DNA of 64,000 nt from Gemmatimonadaceae bacterium (GCA_044224875.1 JBGAJQ010000013.1:28119-92118), one strand, 5' to 3'. Positions 31,415 to 42,852 are shown, counted from the stretch's first letter. Notes: generated by a model from the sequence alone, not told the origin. Numbers and translations: made by a program.

Positions 31415-34117
31415 TTGTTTTCACCCTTCATCTCCAAGGCGTTTTTGCGCGACGCGCGAGATCGTTCACTTCCTCCAGACCGCGAGGCATTCGTCGCGGC
31501 GGAGCCTCCCACGGGTCGCGTGATCGTGATTGCGCCGACACGTGCGGCGTGCGAGACGATTGAGCTGGCGATCGGGTTGCATGTGCCGACCGTGCTGGAA
31601 CGCGAACATGGGGAGGAGGTGCGAGCGCTGGCGGTGGCGGGGAAGGGTTTTGGCATCGTTGCGGGCACCGGCACGGGAAAGACGCTGGCCATCCGGCCGA
31701 TCGCCGAGAGCTTGCTGGGCACCACGGTGTTGCGAACTGGGGTCGTGAACCGCGAGCGCGAAGCGACGCCAGAGACGCCCACGTGGAACGTCATCGTGGT
31801 CACCACAGGAATCGCCAGACGCTGGTTCCAGGATGGCGACATCCAGCGGCGCGACACGCTGATCGTGGACGAGATCCACCAGACTTCCGCCGAGTTGGAG
31901 CTGTGTCTGGCGTTAGGCAAGCGAGTGGGATGCCGGTTCATCTGGTTGTCGGCAACGGTGGACCCCCGGTTCTACGCCGCGTACCTCGGCTCGGACGCGG
32001 TCATTCACAGCGAGGCGTTTGACCCGTCGTGCGCCGCAGACGTCCGTGTGGTCCACGAGGATCCCCGCCGGTTCCTGAGCGAGCGATTCCTGCAGCAGGT
32101 CACGAAGCAGCGACGTGGCGTTGGGATGTTCCTTCCCACCCGGGCCGCGGTGGAGGAGGCGGCGGCGAACGTCTCTGAGCGTATGCCGCGCATGGAGGCG
32201 GCCTTCTATCACGGCGGTGAGCCAATTCGCGTGATACGCCCCTTTCTGGAAGGCGAGGGCGTGGCCAAACCATTCTTCCTGTCGATGACCGCTGCGGGGC
32301 AGAGCGCACTGAATGTCCGTGGGCTGGACACGGTGATCATCGACGACACGCGCTTTGCGAACGTGGTGGAACGGGGGAAGAACGTGCTTACGCGCACGCA
32401 CCTGGGAGCGAACGAGATCCTGCAGATGGCCGGGCGCGTGCATGGCCGGGTCCGTGGGGGGCGCGTGTTCATCCTGAGCGACCGGCAGATCGCCTTTGAC
32501 TCGCTGCGGCCGACGGCGCCCGAGTTTCAGCTGGCGGGGGATGCGGAGCGGGTGGCACTGACCTGCGCCGCCCTGGGTGTGCGGGCCGACGAGTTGGAAC
32601 TGCCGGTACCGCTGGATCGGACGTCGTACCGCGCGGCCATGCAGCGCCTGGAGGAACGCGGGCTGGTGGAGCGCGGCCGGCTGACGAAGTACGGCGGCGT
32701 CGTGGAGGCGCTGCCAGTCGAGCGACCGTGGGCCGAGTTGGTCGCGCACGGCGCCGACGCCCTCCTGCCGTACCTGGCCGTCATGGCGTCGATAGAATCC
32801 CTGCATCGCATGACGCGTGAGGAGCGTGACCTGTCGGGGTTGGTGGTGGCGGGGAGCGACCACCTCACCAGCTACAACGTGTACGCCGAGGCGTTCACGA
32901 GGGCGGGGTACATCGGCGAGGTCTACGGATTGCCGCGCCACCTCTTCGACGAGCGGGCGATCGAACGCTGGGCCGATCGACGGGGCGTGCTGGTGAAGGC
33001 CATCGAGGACGCCGCCCTGGCCATGGCCAGCGTGTACCGGAGTATTGGCGCCGACCTGCCCACGGCGATGCCGCAGGTACAACCAGACGTCGAGCGTGAC
33101 TTTCGTGAGCTCGTGGCGCGGATCATGCCCTTCGAGCTGGTGATCGACGAAACGACGGTCGACGGCGATGAAGCCCGCGTCTCCAAGACGAGCGTCTGCG
33201 GGTCATGGGGGCCCATCGCGGGCGACCTCCGTTACTTCGCCGATCGCTTTGGCATTCCCCGCGCCTCGATCGAGGGTACGCAACTCTCGTTGAACCTGAT
33301 CCGGCGTCACGCCAAGGCTGGCGACGGCGAACTGGTGTACGATGCCGACCGGAAACGGGCCGCCTTGGTGCTCAGGCGACGAGTACTCTACCACGGATTC
33401 GAATTGGAACGGGACGAGGAGGTGGTCGACCGGTTTCCCGCCGACCTCGTGGCCGAGGCGCGACATGTACTGGCGGAGGCCTTGGCGAGCGAGGTCGCGC
33501 GCCATCCAGCGGTTCGCCGCCACCGTGCGGAGATCGGCCTGATGCGCGAATGCTATCGGCGTTCGGGAGGACGTACGCGGCGGCTAGGCCTGGCTGAACT
33601 CACGGTCTTGTACGAGGCCGTGCTGACCGACGTGCATTCCATGCACGAGTTTGAGCAGGCGCCATTGAAGCTGTCGTTCGAGGGCTGGGTCCCAGCGGAC
33701 GAGCTCGAGCGCTTGTTGGCGCTTCCCTCCGCCGTGGAGCTCCGAGGGCGCTCGATTCCCATCGAGTACGATTTGGAATCGGACGACTCTTCAGAAGCGG
33801 CGCGTGGCGTGGCGCGATTAGTCCTGCCGGAGAAGATGGCACGGGCGATGGACGAGCGAGACGTGCCGGTACTCGATCGCCCGGTCCGGTTTGTCGTGCA
33901 TCGTGGGCAGAACGCGGCCGTGCGGTCTGCCTCGCTGCGTGAGCTGCAACAGGCGCTGGCACGGCCATGGACGCCAACGGCTGACGAGTCGGCAGCGCGT
34001 GGCGGTCGCCCTGGGCGCGGCGCGCCAACCCGGCGCAACGAACGCGAGCTCCGCGACCGGCGCACGGGTGGACGCCGTGACGCTGGGCCCCGGGGTCGAC
34101 GTCGCGGTCGCTCTTAA
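31415..34117 (+). CDS. SF2 DExH-box helicase (HrpA/HrpB-like, atypical)
   Basis: GTGTGKT, TTG, DEIH, SAT, FLPTR, QMAGRVHGR; basic C-terminal tail. Confidence 0.85.
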   Translation: MFSPFISKAFLRDARDRSLPPDREAFVAAEPPTGRVIVIAPTRAACETIELAIGLHVPTVLEREHGEEVRALAVAGKGFGIVAGTGTGKTLAIRPIAESLLGTTVLRTGVVNREREATPETPTWNVIVVTTGIARRWFQDGDIQRRDTLIVDEIHQTSAELELCLALGKRVGCRFIWLSATVDPRFYAAYLGSDAVIHSEAFDPSCAADVRVVHEDPRRFLSERFLQQVTKQRRGVGMFLPTRAAVEEAAANVSERMPRMEAAFYHGGEPIRVIRPFLEGEGVAKPFFLSMTAAGQSALNVRGLDTVIIDDTRFANVVERGKNVLTRTHLGANEILQMAGRVHGRVRGGRVFILSDRQIAFDSLRPTAPEFQLAGDAERVALTCAALGVRADELELPVPLDRTSYRAAMQRLEERGLVERGRLTKYGGVVEALPVERPWAELVAHGADALLPYLAVMASIESLHRMTREERDLSGLVVAGSDHLTSYNVYAEAFTRAGYIGEVYGLPRHLFDERAIERWADRRGVLVKAIEDAALAMASVYRSIGADLPTAMPQVQPDVERDFRELVARIMPFELVIDETTVDGDEARVSKTSVCGSWGPIAGDLRYFADRFGIPRASIEGTQLSLNLIRRHAKAGDGELVYDADRKRAALVLRRRVLYHGFELERDEEVVDRFPADLVAEARHVLAEALASEVARHPAVRRHRAEIGLMRECYRRSGGRTRRLGLAELTVLYEAVLTDVHSMHEFEQAPLKLSFEGWVPADELERLLALPSAVELRGRSIPIEYDLESDDSSEAARGVARLVLPEKMARAMDERDVPVLDRPVRFVVHRGQNAAVRSASLRELQQALARPWTPTADESAARGGRPGRGAPTRRNERELRDRRTGGRRDAGPRGRRRGRS

Positions 34118-34617
34118 GTCGCCAGCTCGTACGTCTCTCTCTTGTACGGCGCAAACCCGCGAGCCACGTAGTTGGCCAAGGCCGACGGGTGATCCAGCGT
34201 GCAGGTGTGCAACCAAACGCGTGTTGGCTGCAGTTGCCATGCTTCCTCAGCGGCCCGGGCGAGCAGCCACTTGCCGACGCCGCGTCCGATCATCGATGGC
34301 GCCAGCCCAAAGTACGCGATTTCGACCGACCCATCGTCGTGACGCGCCAGCTCGAAGAATCCGGCGGGTTCATCCCCCTCCCGCAGAACCCAGACGGCGA
34401 CGTTCGATGACGCCAGGTGCGACGCCAGCACCTCGTCGGTCCACTTGGTGCGATCTGTCCAGTGATAGTCGCGGCCCACGGACTCGTACAACGCGCGATA
34501 GAGTGCCACGGGGCAGGGTCGCGGCCGCGTTAGGCTCAGCCCAGGAATCGTCGGCGCGGGCATGGAGAAGGGCTGCGGTGTCTCCATCGCCAGGTAGGTG
34601 CGCGTGACCGTTGTCAT
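34114..34617 (-). CDS. GNAT family N-acetyltransferase
   Basis: YFGL....GRGVGKWLL; VWLHTCTLDHPSALANYVARGF. Confidence 0.9.
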   Translation of the reverse strand: MTTVTRTYLAMETPQPFSMPAPTIPGLSLTRPRPCPVALYRALYESVGRDYHWTDRTKWTDEVLASHLASSNVAVWVLREGDEPAGFFELARHDDGSVEIAYFGLAPSMIGRGVGKWLLARAAEEAWQLQPTRVWLHTCTLDHPSALANYVARGFAPYKRETYELAT

Positions 34618-34665
34618 TCGCCGCGTTGCGTGATGCCCTGTTGCAGCCTCCGAGGGAGAGCAGAC

Positions 34666-35373
34666 TCAGTCGGCGCGTACATCCTCGATAGAGCGGGAGA
34701 GGCCATCCTTGGCGCGGAATCGCGCGGCCTTGGCCCGGTTGCCGCAGGTGGACATGTCGCACCACCGACGGCGGCCATTGCGCGTGGAATCGTAGAACAC
34801 ACGCGGACATCGCGGGTCACCGCAGCGGCGGACGCGGGCCAGTTCGCCGTTGATGAGAGCATCGGCGGCCGACTCCACGAGAGGGATCATCAGTCCGGCA
34901 AAGGCATCTCCAACGGGAACGAAGGCGCGGGTGAACGAGCCGTCGGTCCGCCATTCGACCCGCCGCGTGACGGCAGAGCGCCCGAGCACCCGATTGATTT
35001 CCAGCAAGGAATCGGTGCGCACCGATTCCGATTGGGCGCCGCGCTCGGCTAACGCGCGCAATGCAGCTCGAACGCGCCGCGCGTCGACCAGCGCGGCGGC
35101 CGCACCGGCTGGCTGTTGCTGAGCGCGACGACGCATGGTGGCGGCGCGCTCCACATCAAAGACTTCGGACGTCTCCATCCAGCGGACGAGCGACTCGAAG
35201 TCGCGGAGGTGGTCCACCCGAGTGCCACGGCGCACGTCGTCCGTGTTGACGTAGTCGAGCCAGAGACGCTCGGCGACAAACACGAAGGAGCCCGTCGCGC
35301 GCGAGACCGAAAGGGAGCGCGACGCGGCGGGGAGTGTGCGATCGATCTGGAGCGGCATCGATGAAAGTCCCAT
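34666..35373 (-). CDS. ABATE/CGNR zinc-finger domain protein
   Basis: LDYVNT; RRCGDPRCPRVFYDSTRNGRRRWCDMSTCGNRAK. Start uncertain. Confidence 0.9.
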   Translation of the reverse strand: MGLSSMPLQIDRTLPAASRSLSVSRATGSFVFVAERLWLDYVNTDDVRRGTRVDHLRDFESLVRWMETSEVFDVERAATMRRRAQQQPAGAAAALVDARRVRAALRALAERGAQSESVRTDSLLEINRVLGRSAVTRRVEWRTDGSFTRAFVPVGDAFAGLMIPLVESAADALINGELARVRRCGDPRCPRVFYDSTRNGRRRWCDMSTCGNRAKAARFRAKDGLSRSIEDVRAD

Positions 35374-35534
35374 GACTGTCACCTCAGCGTACGAGTCGGT
35401 GGCACGAAAGGCATCGGCGTTAGATTCTGCACAGGTACACGGATGCGCAAGCGGGAAGTTCACGGAAGCCGGGGGCCGAGCCGGGCATGGACCTGCCGGA
35501 ATGGAAGAATCGGGAACAGGGAGGATGAGAACGC

Positions 35535-35982
35535 ATGAAGGAGCAGCGACCGCCGTTTCGATTGCGAGAGTACGTGCGGTGGGGTGATGTCGACCCCGCG
35601 CGGATCATTCGATACGACGCCTACACGCGCTTTTTTGAGCTGGCGGAGTCTGAATTTTTCCGTTCCTTGGGCTTCCCATATCGGGCCATTTTCGAGACGC
35701 TGGGTGTGGGCATCCCGCGTCGCGTCATGCACATGGACTTCGTGTCGCCGCCAGTCCTGGATGAGCAGCTGGAGGTTAGCCTCTACATCACGCAGGTGGG
35801 GACGACGTCCATGACGATGAACTTCGACTTCCATGGAGACGGGGGGCGTCTTCGGGCAACGGGCTACCTGGCTTGTTTGCGTCGACGCGGGGGAGGGCAT
35901 GCAGAAGCGCCCGTGGCCCGAACAGCTGCTTACCGCAGTAGAGCCGTACCGCATGAGCCCGGACGAAGCCCGCTCGCGTTGA
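35535..35982 (+). pseudogene. Acyl-CoA thioesterase (4HBT/YbgC hot-dog fold) with apparent frameshift at ~35871
   Basis: VRWGDVDPARII.Y; VGTTS. After RATGYL, the family-like ending LVCVDAGEGMQKRPWPEQLLTAVEPY...* is in another frame, with its stop at 35980-35982. Confidence 0.75.
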
Positions 35983-36004
35983 ATCGAGCCCTATATTCCA
36001 CAAC

Positions 36005-37249
36005 ATGAATTCGCCCCCGGACACCTACTTCCGTAAGGGATTCGGTCTCGGTGCCGAGGTGCAGGATGAACTCGCAACCGATTACGCCGGGCGCGTGGTA
36101 GATCTGCTGCGCGAGCGCGAGTACGTGTTGCAGGTGGGCGACGTGAACATTCGGCTGGCGCGTGAGTTCGGGTTTTGCTATGGGGTGGAGCGGGCGGTCG
36201 ATTACGCGTATCAGGCGCGCCGAAAATTCCCGGATCGGCGGATCTTCCTGCTGGGTGAAATCATCCACAATCCCCACGTCAACGATCGTCTGCGCGCGAT
36301 GGGGATAGCGATCCTGGAGCCCAACAAGTCAGCCGGTGGGGCGGCTCGCTTTGATTACGACCTGCTGCGGCCGGACGACGTCGTCATTCTCCCGGCCTTC
36401 GGCGTCACGATCGGGGACTTCGAGGCATTGCGCGCGTTAGGCTGTGTGATGGTGGATACGACCTGTGGATCGGTGTTGAATGTGTGGAAGCGCGTGGACA
36501 CGTACGCGCGCGATGGCTTCACCGCGCTGATCCACGGCAAGCACTACCACGAAGAGACGCGAGCCACGGCGTCGCAGGTCCTTCGATACCCAGCGGGGCA
36601 ATACCTGGTGGTTCGTGACATGAACGAAGCACGCGAGGTATGCGCCTTTATCGCGGACCTTGGTGCGGCGCGTGTGACGGATGCGACGCGAGCCGCCTTT
36701 CTCGAGCGTTTCGCCGCGGCCGCCGGCCCCGGATTCGATCCGATGGTGCACCTGCGCCGTCTTGGGGTGGCGAATCAAACGACGATGTTGGCGCGCGAGT
36801 CGTTGGCGATTGGCGAGGAGGTGGGCCGGGCGATGGAGGAGGCATTTGGCGCGGAATATCGCGCCGCGAACTTCCGCACCTTCGACACCATCTGCTCGGC
36901 CACGCAAGATCGGCAGGATGCAGTGAATGAGCTGCTGCGGGAGTCCCTGGATGTGATGGTGGTCATCGGCGGCTTCAACTCCAGCAATACAATTTCACTG
37001 GCCGCGATCTGCGCCGAGCACGTGCCGACGTTTCATATTGAGGATGCCGGCAATATCGACCCGGCCGCGGGCACCATTCATTATCGCGAGGCCGGCGTGA
37101 AGCATGTTGAGCGTGATGCACGAGGTTGGCTGCCGGGGTCTGGTCCCGTGAAGGTCGGGATCACCGCTGGAGCGAGCACACCGAACAATCGCATTGGCGA
37201 AACCGTGGTGCGCGTCCTGGCGACGCGAGGCCTGACGCTGGACGTGTGA
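36005..37249 (+). CDS. ispH: 4-hydroxy-3-methylbut-2-enyl diphosphate reductase
   Basis: FGFCYGVERA, IIHNP, DTTC, HEET, NQTT, TICSATQDRQ, SSNT, TAGASTP. Confidence 0.96.
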   Translation: MNSPPDTYFRKGFGLGAEVQDELATDYAGRVVDLLREREYVLQVGDVNIRLAREFGFCYGVERAVDYAYQARRKFPDRRIFLLGEIIHNPHVNDRLRAMGIAILEPNKSAGGAARFDYDLLRPDDVVILPAFGVTIGDFEALRALGCVMVDTTCGSVLNVWKRVDTYARDGFTALIHGKHYHEETRATASQVLRYPAGQYLVVRDMNEAREVCAFIADLGAARVTDATRAAFLERFAAAAGPGFDPMVHLRRLGVANQTTMLARESLAIGEEVGRAMEEAFGAEYRAANFRTFDTICSATQDRQDAVNELLRESLDVMVVIGGFNSSNTISLAAICAEHVPTFHIEDAGNIDPAAGTIHYREAGVKHVERDARGWLPGSGPVKVGITAGASTPNNRIGETVVRVLATRGLTLDV

Positions 37250-38286
37250 GTCTCCGAAGCCTCCTCCCCTTCTCGCGCCCGCCGCGCCCGCCGTTTCCCA
37301 GTGCGGCCGACATCGGTTACGTCGAACTGCGAGGAGGCGGCACCCGGCTGCAGCTCATTCCCGCGCTGGGTGGCAAGATCACGGAATTGGAGCTGGCGGG
37401 AAGGCAATGGCTCTGGACCAGCGATGTCCTGCCGTGGGCCATGCCGGAGCCCGGGAGTGCCTACCAGACATGTGGGGACACGGGTGGGTACGACGAGTGT
37501 TTTCCCACCCTCGGTCACTGCCGAATTCCGGGGTGGGTACGCGCGTATGGCGGCGTGGAGCTCCCGGGGCATGGCGAGCTCTGGTGTCAGGCACCAAAGC
37601 TGGAAATCGAAACAACAGCGCGTGGACAGTGCGCGGTAACCACGTGGGCTGGCCGACTGCTCCCCTACCGGCTCACACGGCTCGTGCGCGTGACCCCTGA
37701 AGGGACCGTGGAGTTCGAGTATCACGTCGCCAACGACAGCGACGAGCGCCTCCCGTTCATATGGTCGGCACAGCCGATGTTGCCCATGACTCCTCAAACG
37801 GAACTCCGTTTTGCAGAGGGCTTGGAGCTCCGGGTGTTTTCGGCGCATCGGATCCAGCTCGGCGATCACAAGTCACAACATCGGTGGCCATTTGTTCGGG
37901 CTGCCGGGAAGGCGTACGAGTTCGTGCATCCGTATCACGTGGCCAAGCGCTACGCCTGTAAGCTCTTTCTGGACTTCGTCGAGCCGATGGGACGCGCGGT
38001 AGTGCGGGAGGGAAACGTCGAGCTCGAGGTGACGGTGGATGCGGGGCAGGTGCCTCAGTTCGGACTCTGGTTGAACAAGGAAGGGTGGACGCCCCTCAAG
38101 GGAGAAAAGCCGTATCTCAATATGGCGTTTCAGCCATGCATCGGAGCGCCAGACACGCTTTCTGATGCTCTGGGGGATTGGAAACGTGCGCATTGGCTCG
38201 AGCCCGGAGAGGTGCGCTCCTGGGAGCTACGCTGGCATGGCCGGCGCGTGGAGCCACTCGACAAACGGAACGGCGCCGAAGACTGA
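37246..38286 (+). CDS. Galactose mutarotase-like (aldose 1-epimerase fold) protein
   Basis: PALGGKI, GGYDECFPT, HGELW, FIWSAQP. GTGA overlap with the ispH stop. Confidence 0.7.
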   Translation: MSLRSLLPFSRPPRPPFPSAADIGYVELRGGGTRLQLIPALGGKITELELAGRQWLWTSDVLPWAMPEPGSAYQTCGDTGGYDECFPTLGHCRIPGWVRAYGGVELPGHGELWCQAPKLEIETTARGQCAVTTWAGRLLPYRLTRLVRVTPEGTVEFEYHVANDSDERLPFIWSAQPMLPMTPQTELRFAEGLELRVFSAHRIQLGDHKSQHRWPFVRAAGKAYEFVHPYHVAKRYACKLFLDFVEPMGRAVVREGNVELEVTVDAGQVPQFGLWLNKEGWTPLKGEKPYLNMAFQPCIGAPDTLSDALGDWKRAHWLEPGEVRSWELRWHGRRVEPLDKRNGAED

Positions 38287-38411
38287 CAGACGTCGGACGC
38301 TGGTCGATCTGGACGACCTGCGGACTTTCTTGACGCCACTACTGCCGACGGCCATGCTTGCAGCCCGCGCTGCAAGGCGCGCACAAGTCACCTCTCCTGG
38401 AGTGGCAAGCC

Positions 38412-38891
<480 letters not shown>

Positions 38892-38901
38892 GGGGAGCGC
38901 C

Positions 38902-41262
38902 ATGTCGAACCCATCTGGAATCGGTGCCAGCGTCAAGCGAAAGGAAGATGGCCGGTTTGTCACGGGTCGAGGGCAGTACACGGACGACATCACCCTGCCT
39001 GGCCAGCTGTATGCCGCTTTCGTGCGATCGCCGCACGCACACGCGAAAGTGAAGAAGGTGGACGCCAAGCGCGCCAAGTCGATGCCGGGCGTTCGAGCTG
39101 TATTCACGGGCGCTGACTTGAAGGCGGGCGGGGTGAACCCCATGCCGGTCGGTTGGCTGCTTCCGGACATCAAGATCGGAGAGCATCCAGCGCTGGCCGT
39201 GGACACCGTTCGCTTTGTTGGCAATGCGGTCGCTGTCGCGATCGCCGACAGCGCCGCGCGCGCACGTGATGCTGTGGACGCGGTGGATGTCGATTACGAG
39301 GTGTTGCCCGGGATCGCCGATGCAACGGCGGCACTCGCACCTGGGGCGCCTCAGGTCTATGCCAACGCGCCAGGGAACGTGGCGTTCAAGCTCGCCCTCG
39401 GCGACGAGGCGGCGACCAAGGCCGCATTTGCCGGGGCCAAGACGATCGTCTCGCAACGACTCGTGAACCAGCGGTTGATCGCCAACGCGATCGAGCCGCG
39501 CGCGTGCAACGCGTCATATAACCGTGCGACGGATGAGTACACGCTCTATGTGACCTCGCAGAATCCGCACGTGCACCGTTTGATCATGGGTGCGTTCATC
39601 CTTGGCATCGCCGAGCACAAGTTCCGCGTGATCTCCCCGGATGTTGGCGGTGGGTTCGGCTCGAAGATCTTCGTGTACCCAGAGGAAGTGGTGTGCACGT
39701 GGGCCACCAAGCAAGTGAACGCACCGGTGAAGTGGACGGCGACGCGCAGCGAGAGCTTCATGACGGACGCGCACGGTCGCGACCATCTCACCGATGCCGA
39801 GATGGCGTTCGATGCCAACGGCAAGATTGTCGGGTTGCGGGTGAACACCGTCGCGAACCTGGGGAGCTACCTGTCGCTCTTTGCCCCAGCCGTGCCGACG
39901 TTCCTCTACCTCACGCTGTTGTCGGGGCAGTACACGATCGGGGCGATCCATGCCGCGGTAACGGGTGTGTACACGACGACGACGCCCGTGGATGCGTACC
40001 GCGGCGCCGGCCGACCCGAGGCCTGCTACCTGCTCGAACGGATGCTCGATATTGCCGCCGCCAAGCTGGGGATCGATCCCACGGAGCTGCGGCGGCGCAA
40101 CTTCATCGCGCCGACGGCGTTCCCCTACCAGACGCCGGTGGCGTTGCAGTACGACAGCGGCAACTACGCGCCCGCGCTGGACAAGGCGATGAACCTGGCG
40201 GACTACAAGGGGTTCCGTGCGCAGCAGGCCGCCGGCCGGAAGCAGGGCAAGTACGTCGGCATCGGCTTCTCCAGTTACATCGAGGCGTGCGGCATTGCGC
40301 CGAGCGCCGTCGTTGGTTCGTTAGGCGCACAGGCCGGGTTGTACGAGTCCGGGACCGTGCGAGTCTATCCGACGGGGAAGATCACGGTACTCACTGGATC
40401 GCACTCGCATGGTCAGGGTCATGAGACCACGATGGCGCAGATTGTGGCGAACGAACTCGGGGTCGCGATCGAGGACGTGGACGTCGTGCATGGGGACACC
40501 GGTCGCGTGCCCTTCGGCATGGGCACCTACGGCTCCCGCTCTGGCGCCGTGGGCGGCGCGGCGTTGTTCCTATCCCTGCAGAAGGTGAAGGAGAAGGCCA
40601 AGCAGATCGCCGCGCACTTGTTGGAGGCGGCGCCGGAGGATGTCGAGTTCAGCGACGGCCAGTTCCATGTGAAGGGCTCGCCGTCAAAGACGAAGGGTTG
40701 GGGAGACGTCTGTTTGGCGGCGTACCTTGCCCACAGCATTCCGCCGGGCATCGAGCCCGGGTTGGAGGCGACGACCTTCTTCGATCCATCCAACTTCGTG
40801 TATCCGTTCGGAACGCACGTCGCCGTGGTGGAAGTCGACGCCGACACCGGGCATGTGACGCTACTGAAGTATGTCGCGATCGACGACGTGGGCAACGTGA
40901 TCAATCCGATGATCGTTGACGGGCAGATTCACGGCGGCATTGCGCAGGGCGCCGCGCAGGCCCTCTGGGAATCGGCGTCGTATGACGAGGGCGGGCAGCT
41001 GTTGAGCGGATCCCTGATGACGTACGCCTTGCCGCGGGCGTCGTACCTGCCATCGTACGAGACCGATCGGACCGTGACCCCAACACCGGTGAACCCGTTA
41101 GGCGTGAAGGGTGTCGGCGAAGCTGGAACGATCGCCTCGACGCCCGCCGTGGCCAACGCGGTCATCGACGCCCTCACACCGTTCGGTATCACGCACATCG
41201 ACTTGCCGCTCACCCCCGCACGACTCTGGCAGGCGATCCACACCGCGAAGGGAGGAAACTGA
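38902..41262 (+). CDS. coxL: Molybdopterin-binding large subunit, form II CoxL-like
   Basis: [26 protein letters not shown] (form II motif), [16 protein letters not shown]. Confidence 0.9.
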   Translation: MSNPSGIGASVKRKEDGRFVTGRGQYTDDITLPGQLYAAFVRSPHAHAKVKKVDAKRAKSMPGVRAVFTGADLKAGGVNPMPVGWLLPDIKIGEHPALAVDTVRFVGNAVAVAIADSAARARDAVDAVDVDYEVLPGIADATAALAPGAPQVYANAPGNVAFKLALGDEAATKAAFAGAKTIVSQRLVNQRLIANAIEPRACNASYNRATDEYTLYVTSQNPHVHRLIMGAFILGIAEHKFRVISPDVGGGFGSKIFVYPEEVVCTWATKQVNAPVKWTATRSESFMTDAHGRDHLTDAEMAFDANGKIVGLRVNTVANLGSYLSLFAPAVPTFLYLTLLSGQYTIGAIHAAVTGVYTTTTPVDAYRGAGRPEACYLLERMLDIAAAKLGIDPTELRRRNFIAPTAFPYQTPVALQYDSGNYAPALDKAMNLADYKGFRAQQAAGRKQGKYVGIGFSSYIEACGIAPSAVVGSLGAQAGLYESGTVRVYPTGKITVLTGSHSHGQGHETTMAQIVANELGVAIEDVDVVHGDTGRVPFGMGTYGSRSGAVGGAALFLSLQKVKEKAKQIAAHLLEAAPEDVEFSDGQFHVKGSPSKTKGWGDVCLAAYLAHSIPPGIEPGLEATTFFDPSNFVYPFGTHVAVVEVDADTGHVTLLKYVAIDDVGNVINPMIVDGQIHGGIAQGAAQALWESASYDEGGQLLSGSLMTYALPRASYLPSYETDRTVTPTPVNPLGVKGVGEAGTIASTPAVANAVIDALTPFGITHIDLPLTPARLWQAIHTAKGGN

Positions 41263-41264
41263 GG

Positions 41265-42131
41265 ATGTATCCCGCCTCATTCGAATACCATCGCGCGGCC
41301 AGTGTGGCCGACGCCCTCGCGTTGATGGCGAAGTATGGTGACGACGCCAAGGTGCTGGCGGGGGGTCACTCGTTGCTCCCCGTCATGAAGCTGCGGTTCG
41401 CCTCGCCGGCGCACCTCATCGACATCGGACGGATCGGAACGCTACAAGGGGCGGCGGAGTCCGGCGGAACCGTCACCCTCGGTGCGTTGACCAGACACGC
41501 CGAGGTTGCGGCGTTCGCCGCGGGTCGCAAGGGCCTGGGTGCGCTGGCAGACGCGGCGTCGGCAATCGGGGACGTTCAGGTACGGAATCGCGGCACCATC
41601 GGTGGCAGTCTGGCCCACGCCGATCCCGGTGCGGACATGCCAGCGGCACTGTTGGCGCTGGCGGCCGATATCGTGGTGACGGGCCAAGGGGGTGACCGGA
41701 CGATCGCCGCCGACGAGTTCTTCGTGGACACCTTTACGACGTCCATGAAGGCAGGTGAACTCGTGACGCAGGTACGGGTCAAGCTTCCCGCTGCCGGTAC
41801 GGGGACCGCGTACGTGAAGTACGCGGACGCGGCGTCCGGCTATGCGGTCGTCGGCGTTGCGGCCTCGATAACCGTCGCCGGCGGGAAGATCACAGCCGCG
41901 CGTGTCGCGATGACGGGCATGGGCCCCAAGGCGATGCGGCTGACGGGCGTGGAAGCTGCCCTGCAGGGTCAGGCGGCCAACGAGAGTACGGCGAAGTCGG
42001 CAGCGGCCGGTGCCGCCAAGGGGTTGGACCTCTACGACGACGCGCGTGGCTCTGCCAGCTACAAGTCGGCGCTGGTGACCGTGCACACCGCACGGGCCAT
42101 CTCGGCGGCCATCGCACGCGCAGGTTCCTAG
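41265..42131 (+). CDS. coxM: FAD-binding medium subunit, CoxM-like
   Basis: LAGGHSLLPVMKLR, IGDVQVRNRGTIGGSLAHADP. Confidence 0.92.
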   Translation: MYPASFEYHRAASVADALALMAKYGDDAKVLAGGHSLLPVMKLRFASPAHLIDIGRIGTLQGAAESGGTVTLGALTRHAEVAAFAAGRKGLGALADAASAIGDVQVRNRGTIGGSLAHADPGADMPAALLALAADIVVTGQGGDRTIAADEFFVDTFTTSMKAGELVTQVRVKLPAAGTGTAYVKYADAASGYAVVGVAASITVAGGKITAARVAMTGMGPKAMRLTGVEAALQGQAANESTAKSAAAGAAKGLDLYDDARGSASYKSALVTVHTARAISAAIARAGS

Positions 42132-42174
42132 ACTCGCCCCAAGGGGCTTGGAAGGTCCAAAAGCCCAGGAGAAA

Positions 42175-42206
42175 GGCGCGCCGGCGAAAGTCGGCGCGCT
42201 TGTTTT
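42175..42206 (+). terminator. Rho-independent terminator, probably bidirectional, between coxM and coxG
   Basis: GCGCGCCGGC-GAAA-GTCGGCGCGC followed by TTGTTTT; AGAAA on the upstream side. Confidence 0.8.
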
Positions 42207-42852
42207 ATGCCCGTCGGCCGACGAGCCGGCGCAACCAGTCGAGCAACGCGCGCCACAGCAGGGGAACGATGCGCAGTTCCTGCGTTGGTGGCGGCGTTGC
42301 AGGTGCCGATCGTGCCTCACGGTGCGCGGCGTCTGCCGCTCCCGCGTCAGCTGACGGTGACGGCGTGCTCACGCCGCTCGAGGCATCGGTCGAATGCTCG
42401 CCTTCCAAGGTGGTGCGAACAGATTCGGCGAACTGCTTGAAGAGCTGGCGCGATACGGACTCGATCAACCCACGTCCGAACTGCATGACGCGACCCGCGA
42501 TGTCGATGGTCGCCTCGACTTCGACATTGCTGCCACCGTCTGGGTGCGCGGAGACCGTTCCCACCATGCCCATGCGCGCCGACCCGGCGGCTCCAACCTC
42601 CTTGCCTTCCCCGACCAGCTGCATGCGTCGTGCGGCCTGGTCAACCTCCGTCAGTGTCGCCGTCCCGTCATAGGCCGTGGAAATCGGGCCAACCTTGACC
42701 TTCACTCGGCCGTGATAGGTGCGCTCGTCGACGGTGTCCAGCAACTCGGCGCCCGGGAGGCAGCGCACCACCTGTGCGGGATCGATCAAGAACTGCCACA
42801 CTCGATCGGGCGGAACGCGAACCTGAAAGGACTCTCGCAGCGAAAGGGACAC
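42205..42852 (-). CDS. coxG: CoxG/SRPBCC family protein
   Basis: VWQFLIDP....CLPGA; VKVKVGPI...Y.G; GRVMQFGRGLI; C-terminal amphipathic tail. Confidence 0.85.
   Translation of the reverse strand: MSLSLRESFQVRVPPDRVWQFLIDPAQVVRCLPGAELLDTVDERTYHGRVKVKVGPISTAYDGTATLTEVDQAARRMQLVGEGKEVGAAGSARMGMVGTVSAHPDGGSNVEVEATIDIAGRVMQFGRGLIESVSRQLFKQFAESVRTTLEGEHSTDASSGVSTPSPSADAGAADAAHREARSAPATPPPTQELRIVPLLWRALLDWLRRLVGRRA

Noticed and set aside
38902..41262. Bona fide aerobic CO dehydrogenase (form I)
   Set aside because: The active-site loop is AYRGAGR, not AYXCSFR, and the gene order is S-L-M.
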